A stretch of 64,000 nt of DNA from Chrysomallon squamiferum. Lineage: Eukaryota; Animalia; Mollusca. Location of the stretch: the NCBI GenBank assembly GCA_012295275.1, contig CM022670.1, forward strand, positions 17,050,001 through 17,114,000, in the 5' to 3' direction. Positions 33,091-48,812 of this stretch are shown here, piece by piece; the first letter of the stretch is position 1; the number at the start of each line of letters is the position of its first letter. A program made the translations under genes and the position numbers. The notes below the pieces were generated by a model, which saw only the letters and a program-made list of their open reading frames with translations, had not been told where the DNA came from and did no database searches.

Positions 33091-33365
33091 TTCTGATAAT
33101 AAATTTTGTTTGTAATAATAATGATTGTGATTAAAACTGCTACAACCAATATTAATTTAAAATATGTGTTTGTAGGTGGGTGGGTGTGTGGAAAGTGTGC
33201 TTATATTGAAGCTCTGATTATTTGAAAGTTGTTTTGCCACAACTGTATGATACCTCGATCGACATTTGGTGATATTAAAGATAGCGGAAGGTCAACCGAC
33301 GCGAAAAAGACAATGAAAAATTCTGATTTCGTCCATATAAACGTAACTTTTTACTATTTTTGTAG

Positions 33366-34091
33366 CTGTGCAGTGCTGGCGGATATATAGGTGCATATGC
33401 AGGATATTACATATTTGTAAGTTAGGACATATTCTGAGGATCGAAAAAGCTGAATTTCACGCCGCCTTCCTTGCGGTTATTTTTATGTCTAGTGTCCTAT
33501 ATTGAACCACCAATCGAAATATTGCGGCATTATGGACCTTCAACCCAAATGAATGGTCTGATGCTCATTAGGCAGTTGCAGCCAGATTTGAAGTGGAAAG
33601 TCCAGATACAGTGTCCGAACGACAGAACTCTTCGTCACAGAGACGTCATAATCATGGCGACAACAACAGCTATACCGAATCTGACAATCAACCCGAACCT
33701 GAACAACACTGTGCTCCGCGTGAATCCGTAAATGAAGATTCCAAACCTGAAAATAAAGACTATGAGTCGTAGTCCGAGAGAGAAGAGCACCGTGCGCCAG
33801 AAGGACTCGATATGAGCACCAGTAATGTCCCTTTTACCTCTTTGAAACTAGTACCAACAAACCCAAATGGTGATGTTTCTACAGAACCGTAAATAGCCAG
33901 ACACCACAACTTCAGAATACCGCCAGAGATGAGGATGGACATTCAGTTGACTTCCGAGTTCACGCAGTCAGCTATGAGCCATCAAAGATGATGATCAGCT
34001 TCTATGAGGATCTCGACAACATAACTGACACAATGAATATACTATTTTGAATTCAACATTTATAAATAACACGATCAGACTGAGTCTCCAG
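33366..34091 (+). pseudogene. GC-richer block resembling a decayed coding exon
   Basis: Flanked by ttttgtag (33365) and cag|gtgtat (34092). One frame gives acidic hydrophilic peptide (ESPDTVSERQNSSSQ...PEPEQHCAPRESVNEDSKPENKDYES*) broken by stops and frameshifts. No family recognised. Confidence 0.3.
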
Positions 34092-34458
34092 GTGTATGTT
34101 TTTTTTTTTTTTTTTTATTATTATTATTATTTTTTTAAAGCCGCAAATGAAATCGCTTCCAAAAAGGCTTTCAGTAATTTTTCACCAGCAGAGTTGAAAG
34201 GGAAAAAAATGTTAAAATTATTATATAAAAATATTCTAATACGATGAAGGGGAAAAAAAAAAGAAGTAAAGAAGAAATAAATAAATAAAAATAAATAAAT
34301 AAAAAATTAATAATTAAAGAAGGAGATAAATAAAGAATTAAAGAAATTAATTAATTTAGGGTTAAGGTATTTGCTGTTTAGATCTAAGTAAATTATTATT
34401 TTCTTTTTAATGTATCATTTCACTCACCCACAGACATATGTACATTATACAGACATGC

Positions 34459-34463
<5 letters not shown>

Positions 34464-34525
<62 letters not shown>
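34464..34525. repeat. (AG)n microsatellite
   Basis: About 30 perfect AG units. Confidence 0.95.
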
Positions 34526-34528
<3 letters not shown>

Positions 34529-36964
34529 GTTGATATAAATATAGATATTTTATGTTATTATTTATTCTTGTTTCATTAGTCAGAATATCTGAAAGAAAGA
34601 CAACGCGTTGAATAGTTCTATTCTTTGTAAATTCAATTTTTACTACTCACAAAATGTATTAACAGACTGAGTGTCTATGTCGTAGCTATGGTAAAGTTTA
34701 AAAATTCGAAACAGGTATTTTTATATATGTGAAACGTCCTGTTGAGATATTTTGTATTTTAAGAGAAGATATCAGACTGATATTTGGATTAAAGAGTTTT
34801 ATAAAACAAACGTCTGTTAAAGTATTAATCATTGACTATCTTGAAATTTATTTTATTTGACTTTACTTTATTTTACTTTACTTTATTTTACTTTTTTTTT
34901 TTCATTTTATTTTATTTGACTTTACTTTATTTTACTTTACTTTACATTACTTTATTTCATTTTATTTTTTAAATTTTTTAATTTTTTAATTTCATTTCAT
35001 TCATTCATTCATTCATTCATTCATTCATTCATTTATTTATTAATTTATTTATTTATTATTATTTATTTTTTTTTTTTTTTTTAACAAGCTTTTTTATCTT
35101 TTATTTTTTTTTTTTTTTTTTTATTATTATTATTTTTTATTTTTTTTTGGATTTATATACTTATTTTTTGTTTTATGTTTTTTGGTGGAAGTAATCCTAT
35201 ATTTAAGAGTTTTGTAAATTATTTTTTTATTGCTCAGGAGAAAGTCAACAACCTTTTGGTGAAAATATCACAGAAAAAAAATAATGATTTTTGTTGCATA
35301 TACTTTGTTCTAGAAACCGACTAGGAAGGAGACTGCTGATACAAAACATTCTGTATATCCAGCTTATAGCCACAACTAAACACAGATACAAAAACACAGT
35401 GATAGAAACATGAAACATCCAGTCATGCAGAAAAAAAAATATCAGTGTTACACAACTTTATAAGCATGAATAAATAATGATATAAATCAGTGAAATAGAA
35501 ACACAAAATGACTAAACCCTCAGACACACAAAAAAAAATATCAGGGTTATTAAAAATATGCAAACATAAGATAACAATAAAGACACAGATATGAGAACTA
35601 AACAGATAAACAGAGATGAAAACAATGGAACACAAAATGAACCAAGTTATCAATGTATACAAACACAAATAAATACATAAAACATATATAATTTTTATTT
35701 TATTTTTTTTAAAACATACTGAATATTTTGATTTTTACTGGACAAAAAATTTTAAGATATAAAAATGTGGTTGTTAATTTTTTTTTTTTTTTCAGAACTT
35801 CATTTTAAATAATTTCATGGTTGTCACTCTTAGGTTAAATTTTATATTGTGACAAAAGTTTGATGAATAATATTGTGTAGTTATAAACATTTTTATGTCA
35901 TAAACACAGATATTTCATTGTCACTCAGTGTTCTCATAACGTTTGTTTTAAGATGAGGATCACTGATTAAAATATTTAAACACAGAAACACAAAGCTCAG
36001 TCTAAGGATTTGTTAAGTGTGAGTTTTGCCTACTCTGCCTTCACACACCATGGATGATTTGGCATCTGAAATTATAATGCAGTATGTTCTTTTACTTTAT
36101 TTATTTGTCTCATCAACGTGTAAAATACCAGCTTCTTGGGTCTGAGTCATATTTAATATTGCAGCAACGTCCTGGACAAAACAGAGTCCAGATCTTATTC
36201 ACTTCATGATGATGATCAAAACATACTATGCATCAATCATTTCAGAACAAAATGAAAACATACTACACACGAATCATTTCAGAACAAAATGGAAAGATGC
36301 TGTAACAATGTCATTATGGCTTACATAGTGTTTGAAATATGTGAAAATCAAGAGTGACTGATGTCTTTGATACAGATAATGAATTTTGACTCTTTTGTTG
36401 TGGTATTCAAGCCTCATGTAGCTCTGATTTGATTGCTAATGCTGTTTTGATGATGTATTTGACTTCTGTATTAGCTTCTGCAGACGTTTCAAAGTAACTG
36501 AGAATCAGATCAATGATGTTGTAAAACATAAAAAGATTCTTCAGTTATGTTTCTATTTCTTTCGGTTGTCACAATATGTAAATAAGTTAATTCTGTGGCA
36601 GCCATCTTGAATTTTCTTTGCTTTTCTCAATTTCACGAATGATGAAAACTCTATGTCCACCTGGATGATATGTTATTAGTCAGAGATGAATAACCAGCAG
36701 TTAAATAAACAGCCAGAAATTCCCATTGTTACCACTCTTGAATGATGTTTTCCTTGTGATTAAAAAAACGGAGGTTTTTATATTTCTTTTTGCCCATAAG
36801 AAATAGTTAGACTGTTCTTATAACCACAGTGTTTGGATGTGTTAGAAGGTTGTAAGGAGGATGTATGCTACTGTATCATATGACTGACTATTCAGTGAAT
36901 CATATCTTTGAAATAAGTATAATTCTATATGTTTATTTTATATCTATTGCAGTAAATTTAAAAA

Positions 36965-37057
36965 ATAATAAATAATAATAATAGTGATGATGATGATGTT
37001 AATGATATTTTTATTATCACCACCACTACTACAACTATTACTACTACTACTACTACA

Positions 37058-37108
<51 letters not shown>

Positions 37109-37180
37109 CCTACTACTACCACCACTACCATAATTATTACTAATTCTACTATAACTATTATTTTTCATACTACTACTCCA
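36965..37180. repeat. (AAT/ACT/ACC)n compound microsatellite
   Basis: Direct inspection. Confidence 0.9.
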
Positions 37181-37467
37181 GCATTGGTCTTTATCTTATA
37201 AATATTTATTGCTATAATAATAATAATAATAATAATAATAAATGTTTATAAGCTAAAGACCAATGTCCCATTCAGTACAGATTTCCTAATGTCTGTGTAC
37301 TGTTTTTAGAAAGTATTTTTTTATCGAAACTGATCATCAAGGTTTATGCTCAGCCAAATATATCATTCCAGTGTCAGAATAAATGCTGTTATTAACATTT
37401 TTCAAATAACATAAATAAAAACATACATATAATTATTTTACTTTTGTCCTCTGGTTCAGTACATCGT

Positions 37468-37501
<34 letters not shown>

Positions 37502-39574
37502 CTTTTATTAACAAAAACATCTTATTTATATATATATTAAAATAAAAAAATATAATAAAAAGTAGACTGATTTAATACGTCATTATGTGATTAACACAAA
37601 TTCCGGTCTAGAAATTTCTGCATCAGTGTCATATCAATTATGTGAATAAAACTGAAGTTAAAATGTCAGGCTCCACTAAACAGCGACTGAGGCCAGTTGA
37701 GGAGAGAAAGCGTTTTCAAAACTGATTATAAATATTTGATTGTAATTTGCTACTTGAGTTAATTCATCTGTAGTCTATATAGATTTTTCAGTGAAAACAA
37801 TTACTATGGAGAGCTCTGTAATGTTGTTAACATACTTTTACATCAGTGAAGCATTTTGGTAAAAATATAATTTGAAGATTTTTTTGTGTGTTTTTAACAA
37901 ATATTGCAAATGAGTTATTTGTTGCAGTGAAACTAGATCTGTTTCAAACATGGAGGTAAGTAAAAATATTATAATAGAGTGTGTGCATGTGTGCATGTGT
38001 ATATGTGCGTATGTGTATGTGTGTATATAAAATATATATATTGAACCAGTATTCAAACACTTAATCCTCAGTAATGGTTGCCTAGTTACAAATTTGTTTA
38101 AAGTCTGTGACTAACTACTGTCTTAGCTGGGATGAACTAAACTATTACTGTACGAATTTTAAAACAATTTTAATTTGATTGTTTTAATTTATTATTTTGT
38201 TTCAGTAGACTTCATCAGCGAATTAAAATTTTATGATACATTTTTATTTCTTTTTAATTTTTTTTTTTTCAAAATGACACAGTTTAAACATATAATTCAG
38301 GTGGTACATTTTTAATAAGCCATCAATTTGATCTGTTTTTAAGTTTTTTATGGTGTTATTGGTGAGATAGCTTGACATGCTAGAAGAAGACCATTGGCAA
38401 AACACCTTGACATAGCACACCAGCTTAAGTTCAGTGATGAAAGGGTTAATCTGTTTTAAATATTACATGATGGTAGCCTATGTGTGGTATCTACACACTG
38501 TTGTATAATTGTCTGCAGCTTCATGCCGTTACAAATAATATATTACATGATATTATGTTACTGACTGGTACATTAAATAAACATAACTGGATGTATTGTT
38601 AATTAGTTCTATGATGTATAATTTATGAAAGGAATTAAAAAAAAAAAAAAAAAAAAGAAGAAAGGAAGTACATATTCAGTTTTTAAAAAATATATATATA
38701 TAAGTGTATTTAGTGATTGATTGACTGATTGATTGATTTTATTTTTATGTGTATAATACACATGCACATTCATATATGTATGTACATATATAGTTATTTT
38801 GATTGCTGAATTATATAAAACATATTTTATTTTTAAAATGTAGAAGAAGAAATGTTCTAGTTTAGATGTGTTGTTGTGTGTTGTTTTGGAGATATTCATT
38901 TAATAATAAAAAAAACAGTGACTTGATGGACAATAAAAACGCACATTATATTGACATGCCATTAAGACTTCTGTTACCTCTTTAAATGTTTGCATTTTAG
39001 AAATAATAGTCTTCTACTGATAAGTTAATTACCTGTAACATACCAACAATATTTAATCTTTTTTTATATTTTTTTATTTATTATTTCAAATAAAAGAGAA
39101 AAAAAAAAAAAAAAAGGAAACGAAAGACACAGAAAAAAAAAAAATCCACACAAAAAAAAAAAAAAAAAAAACCTGAGCAAATAAATATAAACAAAAATCA
39201 TTACATTTTTTCAATAATTCAAGTATTATTTATTACTGGAAAAAGAAGTATATTTACTTTTAAAAAAAAAAACCCAGCTCAAAATGCAGGTGAAACACCT
39301 GTCTGCATATGAAAACTGTAATCGGAAATTACTGACAGTGTTTACTGCTTGTTATTACTTGAGTGAATTTATTCACCAATCTTTCTATACCCCTCACAAA
39401 ACTTGTTTACCATCCTAAGAAAAGTGTCACCCTTTCCCACCCCTCCCTATCCCACCCACTGCTATATGATGTATCAGCAGTGTTTACCAACTAAAACAGA
39501 GACAATTCAAGTACCATGATGTTCACTTCTCCACAGTAATGCAGCAACTTTGTCTTTTTATTAACACAGTATAA

Positions 39575-39616
<42 letters not shown>

Positions 39617-42600
39617 TCAAAACAGATAATCTGTTTTAAACAACATATCTACAATAAATATATTATAAATAACAAACATTTAAAAAAAAACAATTACATC
39701 TGAAACAAAATTTTTAAATTAAATATAATTAGCCAGTGTTGAGCACATGAAAAACTGTAATAAGGTAGTTTATTAATTTAACTGCAGTTTATAACATGTA
39801 AATATTTGTGCAGACAGTAAGATTGAAATCCTGATATGTTCCACTGGTTAAATATTTGCTTGTATGTGCAGTACCGTTTGGTCTTAGTTTAATTTTATTT
39901 GAGTTAAGATAACACCAATATCAGCTGGCAACATAAAGTTTACAAACTGAAGTCTTGTGTTACTAAAGAAATGTATTGTCTTATTTCACTAATTTGATTT
40001 ATATGCTTAATGATCTGGGTATAACTGATGTTAGTATTTTAACCAAATAAATAACTTTTTTTTTTTTCTGCATATTTTAAAAAGTAATATTGAGTATTTA
40101 AAAATAATAATCTTGACATTAAAAGAAAAAATTTAAGAACTGATCACAACAACTGATCTGTGTTTTTGCTATAGTGAACAAAACAACGCAATGCAAAGCT
40201 TGATGCCATTCAGATCACTTCATACCCATCTGTCTGTACAAATATGTCTATCTAGGCATCTGTCCATCTGTTTGTTTATCCATTTGTCTATAGTTGTCTA
40301 TTGATCTATCTATATATTATCTATTATTTACCTCTTATTACACACATACACACACACACACACACATGCACACATACACACAGAAATATGCTGACATTTA
40401 TTTCTTTTGTAAAACATTAAATTTATAGTTTTTAACCAGATCATTAAATACTTATTGCAGTTACATGACTATTTTATTGCAGTTTAACCTTTTTCTCAGA
40501 CAGACATTTTTAATTTTAATTTTTTATTTTGTGATATGGAAGATATTTTGTTTAATACAAAATGCACAAGAAGACAGGATTAAGTGGCAGTTTTACTCTC
40601 TTAGCAGTTTCTTTTCAATTTTAAAACATTAATTATTCTCTTTTATATATACATATATACACACACACATACATACACTACCATTTCATTTCATATTTTT
40701 TGCATCATGGATTAATTAAAACATGAATACAAAAAAAAAAAGTTTCACACCTCAAAACATCTTCTAAATAATAAATAAAAAAAATAAATGATAAAGAGAA
40801 GCTGGGATTGCATTGTGTGCAGTCTACCTTCTCATGTTGAGTATATTCTGTATTTTAGAAAACCACTCAAGTATGCAACCTTTCCCATAACAAACAATAT
40901 GGCTGTGCAAACCCATCTAAAGAGATTTATCTTTTTCTGCACTGAAAGGTTTCAGATCAGATTATTGTTTGTTTTGCATGATAAACATGACATAAAGAAG
41001 CAGCAGTGAATCAGCATTTTTTTAAAAAGACAAATGTTTTTGTTAACCTGAATGTCAGAAACTGCATTAAGTTACAGTCTGCTCAACTAATTTCAACTAT
41101 TGGGCTTTATTAGGTAATATTTATGTCAAAAATTTTTTAAAATTTTGTAACCTTACACTTTCTGTTCACAAAACAGAAATCTCCATTAAAAATTATATTT
41201 TTAATTTTACTTGCCAAAGAAGAGGTACAGATAAATATGAAAGGACAATAATAATAATAATAATGATAAAAGATCATTAGCATATTTTCATTCTTACTTT
41301 ATAATTTAGAGAAACTGTGTTGTCTGTTCATTTATCAGTTTTGAGGATGGGAATGTTTGTATGCACTATATATAAAAAAAAAAAAAAAGCTAATATTTCT
41401 TCTGGCTTTGGTGAAACTAAGTGGTCAGATTGTGAATGAGAACAATTGTAATGAATAAATGTAACAGTATATCGGCAGTCGTTACAGGTCACTCTTATGG
41501 TTTCTGATTAACGATGATTACCTACTACAATGCAAAAGATAAAGCACTTGCCATGAAAACTCATATGTAGAGCCCAGGCAAGATTGGGATATAGCCCAGT
41601 AGGACTACTGAGAAAGATTAACATTGCAACCAAACACTGTAGCATGAAGCCAGCACTCTAATTATATACTCTGTGTGTGTGTGATTTTGTGTGTGTTTGT
41701 GTGTGTGTGTGTCTTTATACATATATATCTGTGTGTGTGTATGTAGGTGTATGTATGTATGTGTCTATGTGAATAATTATATTTTAGTATCTTTGACATA
41801 TATAGATGGGAGACACAAGAAACTGCACATCCCAACTCCAGTGATATAACATTTATTAATCTGACAGTATTGTTCAAATCAGATCTTATGTCTTGATCCA
41901 CACACAAGTAAAAAAAAATCTTCCAATCTTATAATTACCCCAGTAGTCTGCTTTTCTAATAATTGTTTTTTCTCTCTCTTGTGATAAGCTGTTTGGGTTC
42001 AGTCTGCTGTTTTGATGCTAAACCAAACAAATAATCAAAGCAAATCTATTTTTAAAGTTACTGTCTCAGAGAAGCCATTGTTATTTTTCATGCTCAATAT
42101 CCGTTTGAAAGGCATCAATTATTTTTTTTTTTTTTTTTTTTTTTTGTGTAGATTCCAGGTTTATTTTCTCTGTTTTATGTCTGGACAATTGTAGCATGTT
42201 ACATTTCATACAGAAATAATTATAGAAAGTTCAGTTAGCAAAAAGAAAAGAATGCTGGAAACAATACAAGTGTCAATCATGTCTGGAAACAGGAAGTTGT
42301 TTCCATGTGACAGATACTTAAAGTAATTATTTTTGGTAAAGAAGATTAATATTTTTCCTTTGATAGTTTATTTCAATTACAAATCCTGTATAAACTATTC
42401 ACAGCTAATCTTAATTATCTTATTTGTTTTTAACAATTTATATATTTTAGGTCTCACACTAGACAAATTAAATAAATTGCAATGTTATCTAAAAATGTTT
42501 AGCCATATAAATATACCTGAATTCTCTATTTCTCTAAAATACTTCAACCAAAAAATATTACACATTTAAAAAATTTTTAAAAATTAAAAATTAAAAAATA

Positions 42601-43579
42601 ATAAAAAAAAAATAAATAACAAAATCAACAAAACAAAAACAAAACAAAAACAAAACAGCAACAAAAAAAAGCAAGAACAAACATACACCTCTCCACCCAA
42701 ATAAAACATTGACAACGTACATAAGCAACTGAATATTCAAATATTGCCTGATTGTTAGCTGACATATATTCAGTACTGAAAAAATATAAAAGCTAGGAGT
42801 TTTGTCTATTTTGTCCATTTTCTTATTAAAGACGTTTTGTTTGGCAATGGTTTTGACTGCAGCAGGTTTTTCTAAATTCCAATTCACACGCTTGTGTGAA
42901 AAAATAAAATGCAACTGACTGTGAGAACATTTCAAGTGCAGTGTGTGCAATAAAATGAAGATTATTAACATAAGTACAAAGTAAATGAAACAATTAATCA
43001 TTTCATTAATCAATAAAACACAACACAAACTGGCACACCAGTAACTGTCTTGTGCAAATGAAACTTTTAAATTTCTTTTTTTTTTAAAGTTATTTACATA
43101 CATCACAAAAGCTGTTGCAGTCGTAAAACAGGAGATCTGTCAAACTGTCACTGCTGTAGTAGTAAATGTTACAGTGACACCGTTGCAGGGAGAATCCTTT
43201 ATCAGACGTGAGTTTATTTTAAACTCGCTCGGGTAACTGGTTTCACGTTTGTGATGACTAACGGGTAAGAGTAGATATACAACTTTTCTGGTTCACTCGT
43301 AGATAAATGTAAATGTATAGGTTTTTTTTTTTTTTTTTTTTTTTTTTAGTTATGACATAGACATTTGTAATATACGTTCTAGTTAGGACACACTGTCCTT
43401 TCTCTGCATGGAACAGTAATGTCTCTATGGTTGATCTGCTTGGGAGACTCAGCAGTAATCCATGTCTGGCAAAGGTTAGTGAAATTACTGTCATGTACCC
43501 TATCAGATATTTTCTAATTTGTTTCATGCAAAATAATTGTTTCAACTCATGCATTTTTATGGTATGAACTTGCACACAT

Positions 43580-43614
<35 letters not shown>

Positions 43615-44089
43615 ATTATAAAAAGAGAATTTTTCAGGTTGTATAGTTATTCTTTTGAAGTTTTTTTTTTTTTTTTTTTTTAAATTATTGTTGTTCCTAT
43701 TTCAAGTGTGTGTGAGGTTTCATTTAAAACTTCTACTTTTTGAGATAAACTATAAGTTGATTTATACTTTTACTACAGAATTTAAATTTCTGTACCTTTA
43801 TATGATTTTAATTATTAAAAAGTATCTTAAAATTGTAATTTAATTATAAGAAAATGGACTGCTTGAGATCACACGCTGTGATAGATCTCAGTTAATAAGG
43901 TAATGGTGTATAAATATGACAGTTATTAAAATGTGTTTAAGTTATATCTGAAAAGTGCAGAAAACATCCATGCACAAACACTTTCACATTTTAAAAATGA
44001 AATTCAGATTATTAGAAACAGCAACTGTATTATGTAAATATGAAGCAAAAATTCACTTCTAATAACAAATATAACATGTTACAATAATA

Positions 44090-45022
44090 ATAAAACTATT
44101 ACTGTTACAACTGCTACCATTACTATGATTATTCCTACTACTGATGTTACTATTACTACTGTACTACAACTTCTACAACTGCTACTATTACTACTACTAC
44201 CATACTACTACTGCTATCATATTATTACTACCACTACTGCTACCAAGGCTATTATTACCACGATTACTACTACTGTACTATTACCATTACTACTACTACT
44301 ATACTACTTCTACTATACTACTACTACTATACTACTTCTACTATACTACTACTACTATACTACTTCTACTATACTACTACTTACTACTGCTATCATACTA
44401 CTACTGCTACTACTTACTACTGCTATCATAGTACTACTACTACTGTTACCATTGCTATTAGTATTGTTTCTGTGTTATTACTGCTACATCTGCTTCTTTT
44501 ACTATTACTACTACTACTATACTGCTACTAGTACTATACTACTACTATTGATACTATACTACTACTATTTGTATTATACTACTACTTCTACTACTGCTGC
44601 TACCATTGCTACTTAACTGTAACTGCTACAATACTACTACTACTGATTCTACTACTATAACTATTACTACTACTATACTACTAGTGCTGCTACTATACTA
44701 TTACTATTATTATACTACTTTGAAACTGATGCTATACTACTACTACTGCTACTATTACTCTTACTACTACTATTACTACTATATTATTGCTATTACTACA
44801 ATTACTACTACTATTTCCACTGTTGCTGTTAGTGCTACTACTACTGCTATCATTATTGCTATTGTATTACTACCATTATTACTTCTACTATTACATTACT
44901 ATGCTACTGCTATTACTTCTACTATTACTATTACTACAGGAACTATATTACTACTTGTACTATACTACTACTACTACTACTACTACTATTGATATCAGTA
45001 CTATCACCACTACTACTACTCC
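44090..45022. repeat. Long degenerate (TAC/CTA)n trinucleotide tract
   Basis: About 930 bp of actactactatact-type sequence; source of the Thr/Leu/Tyr-rich ORFs. Confidence 0.95.
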
Positions 45023-46503
45023 TAATAATTTAATAAATATTACACATTACAAAATAACTATTTTAAATTTTCTAAAGTTAATTTTATTATGGTTCAAGTG
45101 AAATATAAAGACTTTTTAAATTAATTATTGTGATTAATAATTTATTATTGAGTATAAAGCCATCATCATGATAGGGCAGAATGAAACTGCATCATCTCAA
45201 ATATTCAAAAAAAAAAAAAAAAAATCAATCCTCACATTTATCCTATATATGTGCTTATTTTTCTTACATTACATGCTTCTGAATTTAAATTTAATTTTTT
45301 CAATGTCACATCATTATAAACAGTTTGTGTCCATAACTCAAAAAAACATTTACAGCTGTTTGTTAATTTGTATTCATCAAGGCAAGTTGAGTACAAGTGC
45401 AAATATTCTGAAGATAAATTACAGGGAATTAACATTAGTTATATAAAAAAAAGAAAATGTTTAAACTTTTCCTTTGTGACTTAATACTGAATGCCCAGCG
45501 TTCTAATTATAAATAAATAATAATTGTTTTTCTTCTATTTCGCAAAATGTAAAATTTTTCTTTTATTGGACAAGCATTATTAAAAATTAAAAAATTTAAA
45601 AAAAAGAAAATATATATATATTGATGAAACATAAATTTTAAAATCCAAAATAAAAGAAAATAATCACTTTTGTATCACAATAATCACTAACAAGCTTGTG
45701 AAAATAATAATAAAAATTTTGTTAATGTTATCAGTGTACGTTTTATAATAAACAATAAAAATGTAGAAAATGTTTTAAATGAAACATTAATAAGCTAATC
45801 TAAATAAAAAGTAAAAAAAACACTAAATAGTCACTATTCTAAATAAAAAATAAAAAAGCTGTACATTACAGTAAATAAAAAAAAAAAAAAAAAAAAAATA
45901 GTTATTATTTTTCAAACAAACTGGATGTTGTTATTAATAAAAAAATAAGACACTAGACATTATTCTAAATAAAAAGGATAAAAAAATGAAATGCTCCACT
46001 GAGTGAGAATATTCTATGCTAGTTTTTTACTTTGTGTTCTTCAGTTCACTAAAGTTTAACACTTTGGCACAGTATCATGTTAACTCTGTGTTTTATTACT
46101 TGTACAGCTTATAGTATATTCGGTGTCTGTGTTTTGTACTTACGAAAAGTTACAAAAGTCACATCTGATAGGTTCGGAATGGTTGTTTATGTTTTCACTG
46201 CAGGTGATACAGGTATTATCACCTGAAATCTGAAACATCATCTTTTTCCATCTTACCTCAGTAAATACACCACATCTGAAACATTCAATGAATGGTGGCT
46301 GAAACATCATCTGTATGCAACAAATATTTGTTTTTCATCTTTGAAACCATCCAAATAAAAGCACACAAATACACACAGACATACATGCATACACACAGAC
46401 ATACAAACATATGCATATATACAAATGCATACACAGATACATAGAAAAACACACAAACATACACAAGAAACTGATATACACAAAATATTAATTTGTTGTT
46501 AGA

Positions 46504-46750
46504 TGTTAACAAAATATTTATTTCTTATTACATGCTGACAACATATCTTATTCTTATTATGTGTTGACAAAGTACTTTTTGACTGTTACAAGATGACAGA
46601 ATACTTATTTAATTTTATGCTGCCAAAATGGTTATTTCTTATTATATGCTGACAAAATACTTAATTCTTATTATATGTTGACAAAATACTTATTTCATAT
46701 TATATGCTGACAAATTTTTTATTTTGTTGTTAAATGTTGATCAAATACTC
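46504..46750. repeat. Degenerate ~29-bp minisatellite, ~8 copies
   Basis: Consensus gYtgacaaaatacttatttcttattatat. Confidence 0.8.
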
Positions 46751-47505
46751 ATTATAATCTCATTTCTCAATCTCATTTCTCAATCTCATTTTCAGTTTGT
46801 TGTGAAATAATAATAATAATAAAAAAAAAAAATTCCCCATTGTTTGGAATTCTTAACATTCTACATTCTGAAACCAATACTAATCAAATGAAATCACTAC
46901 ACATACAACAACAAACTCATTTTCTTACAGGGTCTCTTTCATTTTTTTTTTCATGACTTCAACAAAAAAAAAAAAAAAAAAAAAAAAGGAAAAGAAAATC
47001 CAAAAGAAATACAAGTCAATTTTTTGTCATTAAATTCAAGCTAATGGTATTTTATCTTCATAAATATATATTTTTCTTTTCTGTTGCTGCTTCAGTAATC
47101 ATCCATCCATCCATCAATCCATCCGTCCTCCATCCATCCATCCGTCCATACATGCATGGATGAGTGTGTTTAACCTGAAAGTTGATCCTGTGATGAGTCA
47201 CTGATATGTTGTTAGTTGTCTGGCTTCTTTTAAAAGCTTTGACCTGTGAAGATAAAAAAAAAAAAAAAAAGAAAAAGAAAAAGAAAGTGCAAAAAAAACA
47301 ACCCGACAAATATAACTCTCAGATATATAGATTTTGTGTTAACTATGATTTCAACTTGTGAAATAAAGTATTACGTAGAAAAAATATGTGTGTATGGCTG
47401 CTGAATTACTCAGCTTGTAGAAAATGCACTGTTCTGAGAGTAACTATATACAGCTCAAATGTGTGTTGTTTTAGTGGGTTGAAAGTTTCTTCAGCTTGTT
47501 ATCTA

Positions 47506-47540
<35 letters not shown>

Positions 47541-47699
47541 TTCTATCTATATATCTATTTATTTATCTTTTTAGCTATATATATTTTAAAATAATCTATT
47601 TATTTAATTATCTATATAACTGTATATAATGTCTCTGTCTACATATCTCTCTGTCTGTCTGTCTGTCTAATTAATAAACTGTATATTACACCAAATTAA

Positions 47700-48812
47700 G
47701 TTTTTGTATGTGTTCATATTTGAGTGTGTATGTAAATTGTGTTTGTGTGCATGTATTTGTGTTCATATTTGTGGGTGTATGCAAACTCTGTGTGTATATA
47801 TGTAATTGGGTGTTTCTGTATGAGTGTCTGTATAAGTGCATGTATGTGTGTATGTGTATTTGTTTTCATATTTGAGGGTGTACATGTGTTTAAATGCATA
47901 TATAACTGTGGTCTGAATGTGTTTGAATGTGTCTATATGTGTCTATATGTGTATGTAACGTCTGTGTTTGAGTGTATATATGTGTGTGTTTGAGTGTGTA
48001 TATAACTGTGTTTGATTTGAGTATCTAACAGTGTGTATATGAGTTTGTATGTAACTTTATATTTGAATGTGTATGTAACTATGTGTTTGAGTTTGTATGT
48101 ATCTTGCTATGTGTTTGAGTTTGTATATAACTGGATATGTTTGAGTTTGTATGTAACTGTGTGTGTTTGAGTGTGCATGTAACTGTGTATTTGAGTGTGT
48201 ATAACTGTGTTTATTTGAATGTAAAAGTAACTATATTTGAGTGTGTATGTAACTGTGTATTTGAGTTTGTATGTAACTGTGTATTTGAGTGTGTGTGTAT
48301 TTAAGTTAGGTATGTGTTTGAGTTTACATGTGTATATAACTGTGTTTATTTGAGTGTGTATGTAACTGTATATTTGAGTGTATATGTAACTGTGTGTATT
48401 TGAATGTGTATGTAACTGTATATATTTGACTGTGTGTATATCTAAATAGGTATGTGTGAGTACATGTGTATATAAGTCTGTGTGGAGTGTGTATGGACGT
48501 ATCTATGTCTGTGCATTTAACTGTGTGTCTGTGTGCATAATTTTGTTTTAGTGTGTATGTAACTGTGTGTATTTGTGTGTTGAAACTGTATGTATGTTTG
48601 AGTGAGTATGTAACAGTGTGTGTGTGTGTGTGTGTGTAACTGTGTGTTTGTATGTTACTGTGTGCATTTGTGTGTGTTTGAGTGTGTGTAACTGTGAGTG
48701 TGTGTGTCTGTGTGCATTTGAGTGTTTATGTAACTGTGTGTTTGTTTGTTTCTAATGTGCACTGTGTTTGTGTGTGTTTCTGATGTGTGTGTGTGTGTGT
48801 CTGTGTGTGTAA
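47700..48812. repeat. TG-derived ~24-bp degenerate minisatellite
   Basis: Recurrent gtgtgtatgtaactgtgtatttga units over about 1.1 kb. Confidence 0.9.

Noticed and set aside
44125-45101. Thr/Leu/Tyr-rich ORFs resembling mucins or membrane proteins
   Set aside because: Translations of a (TAC)n tract open in several frames.
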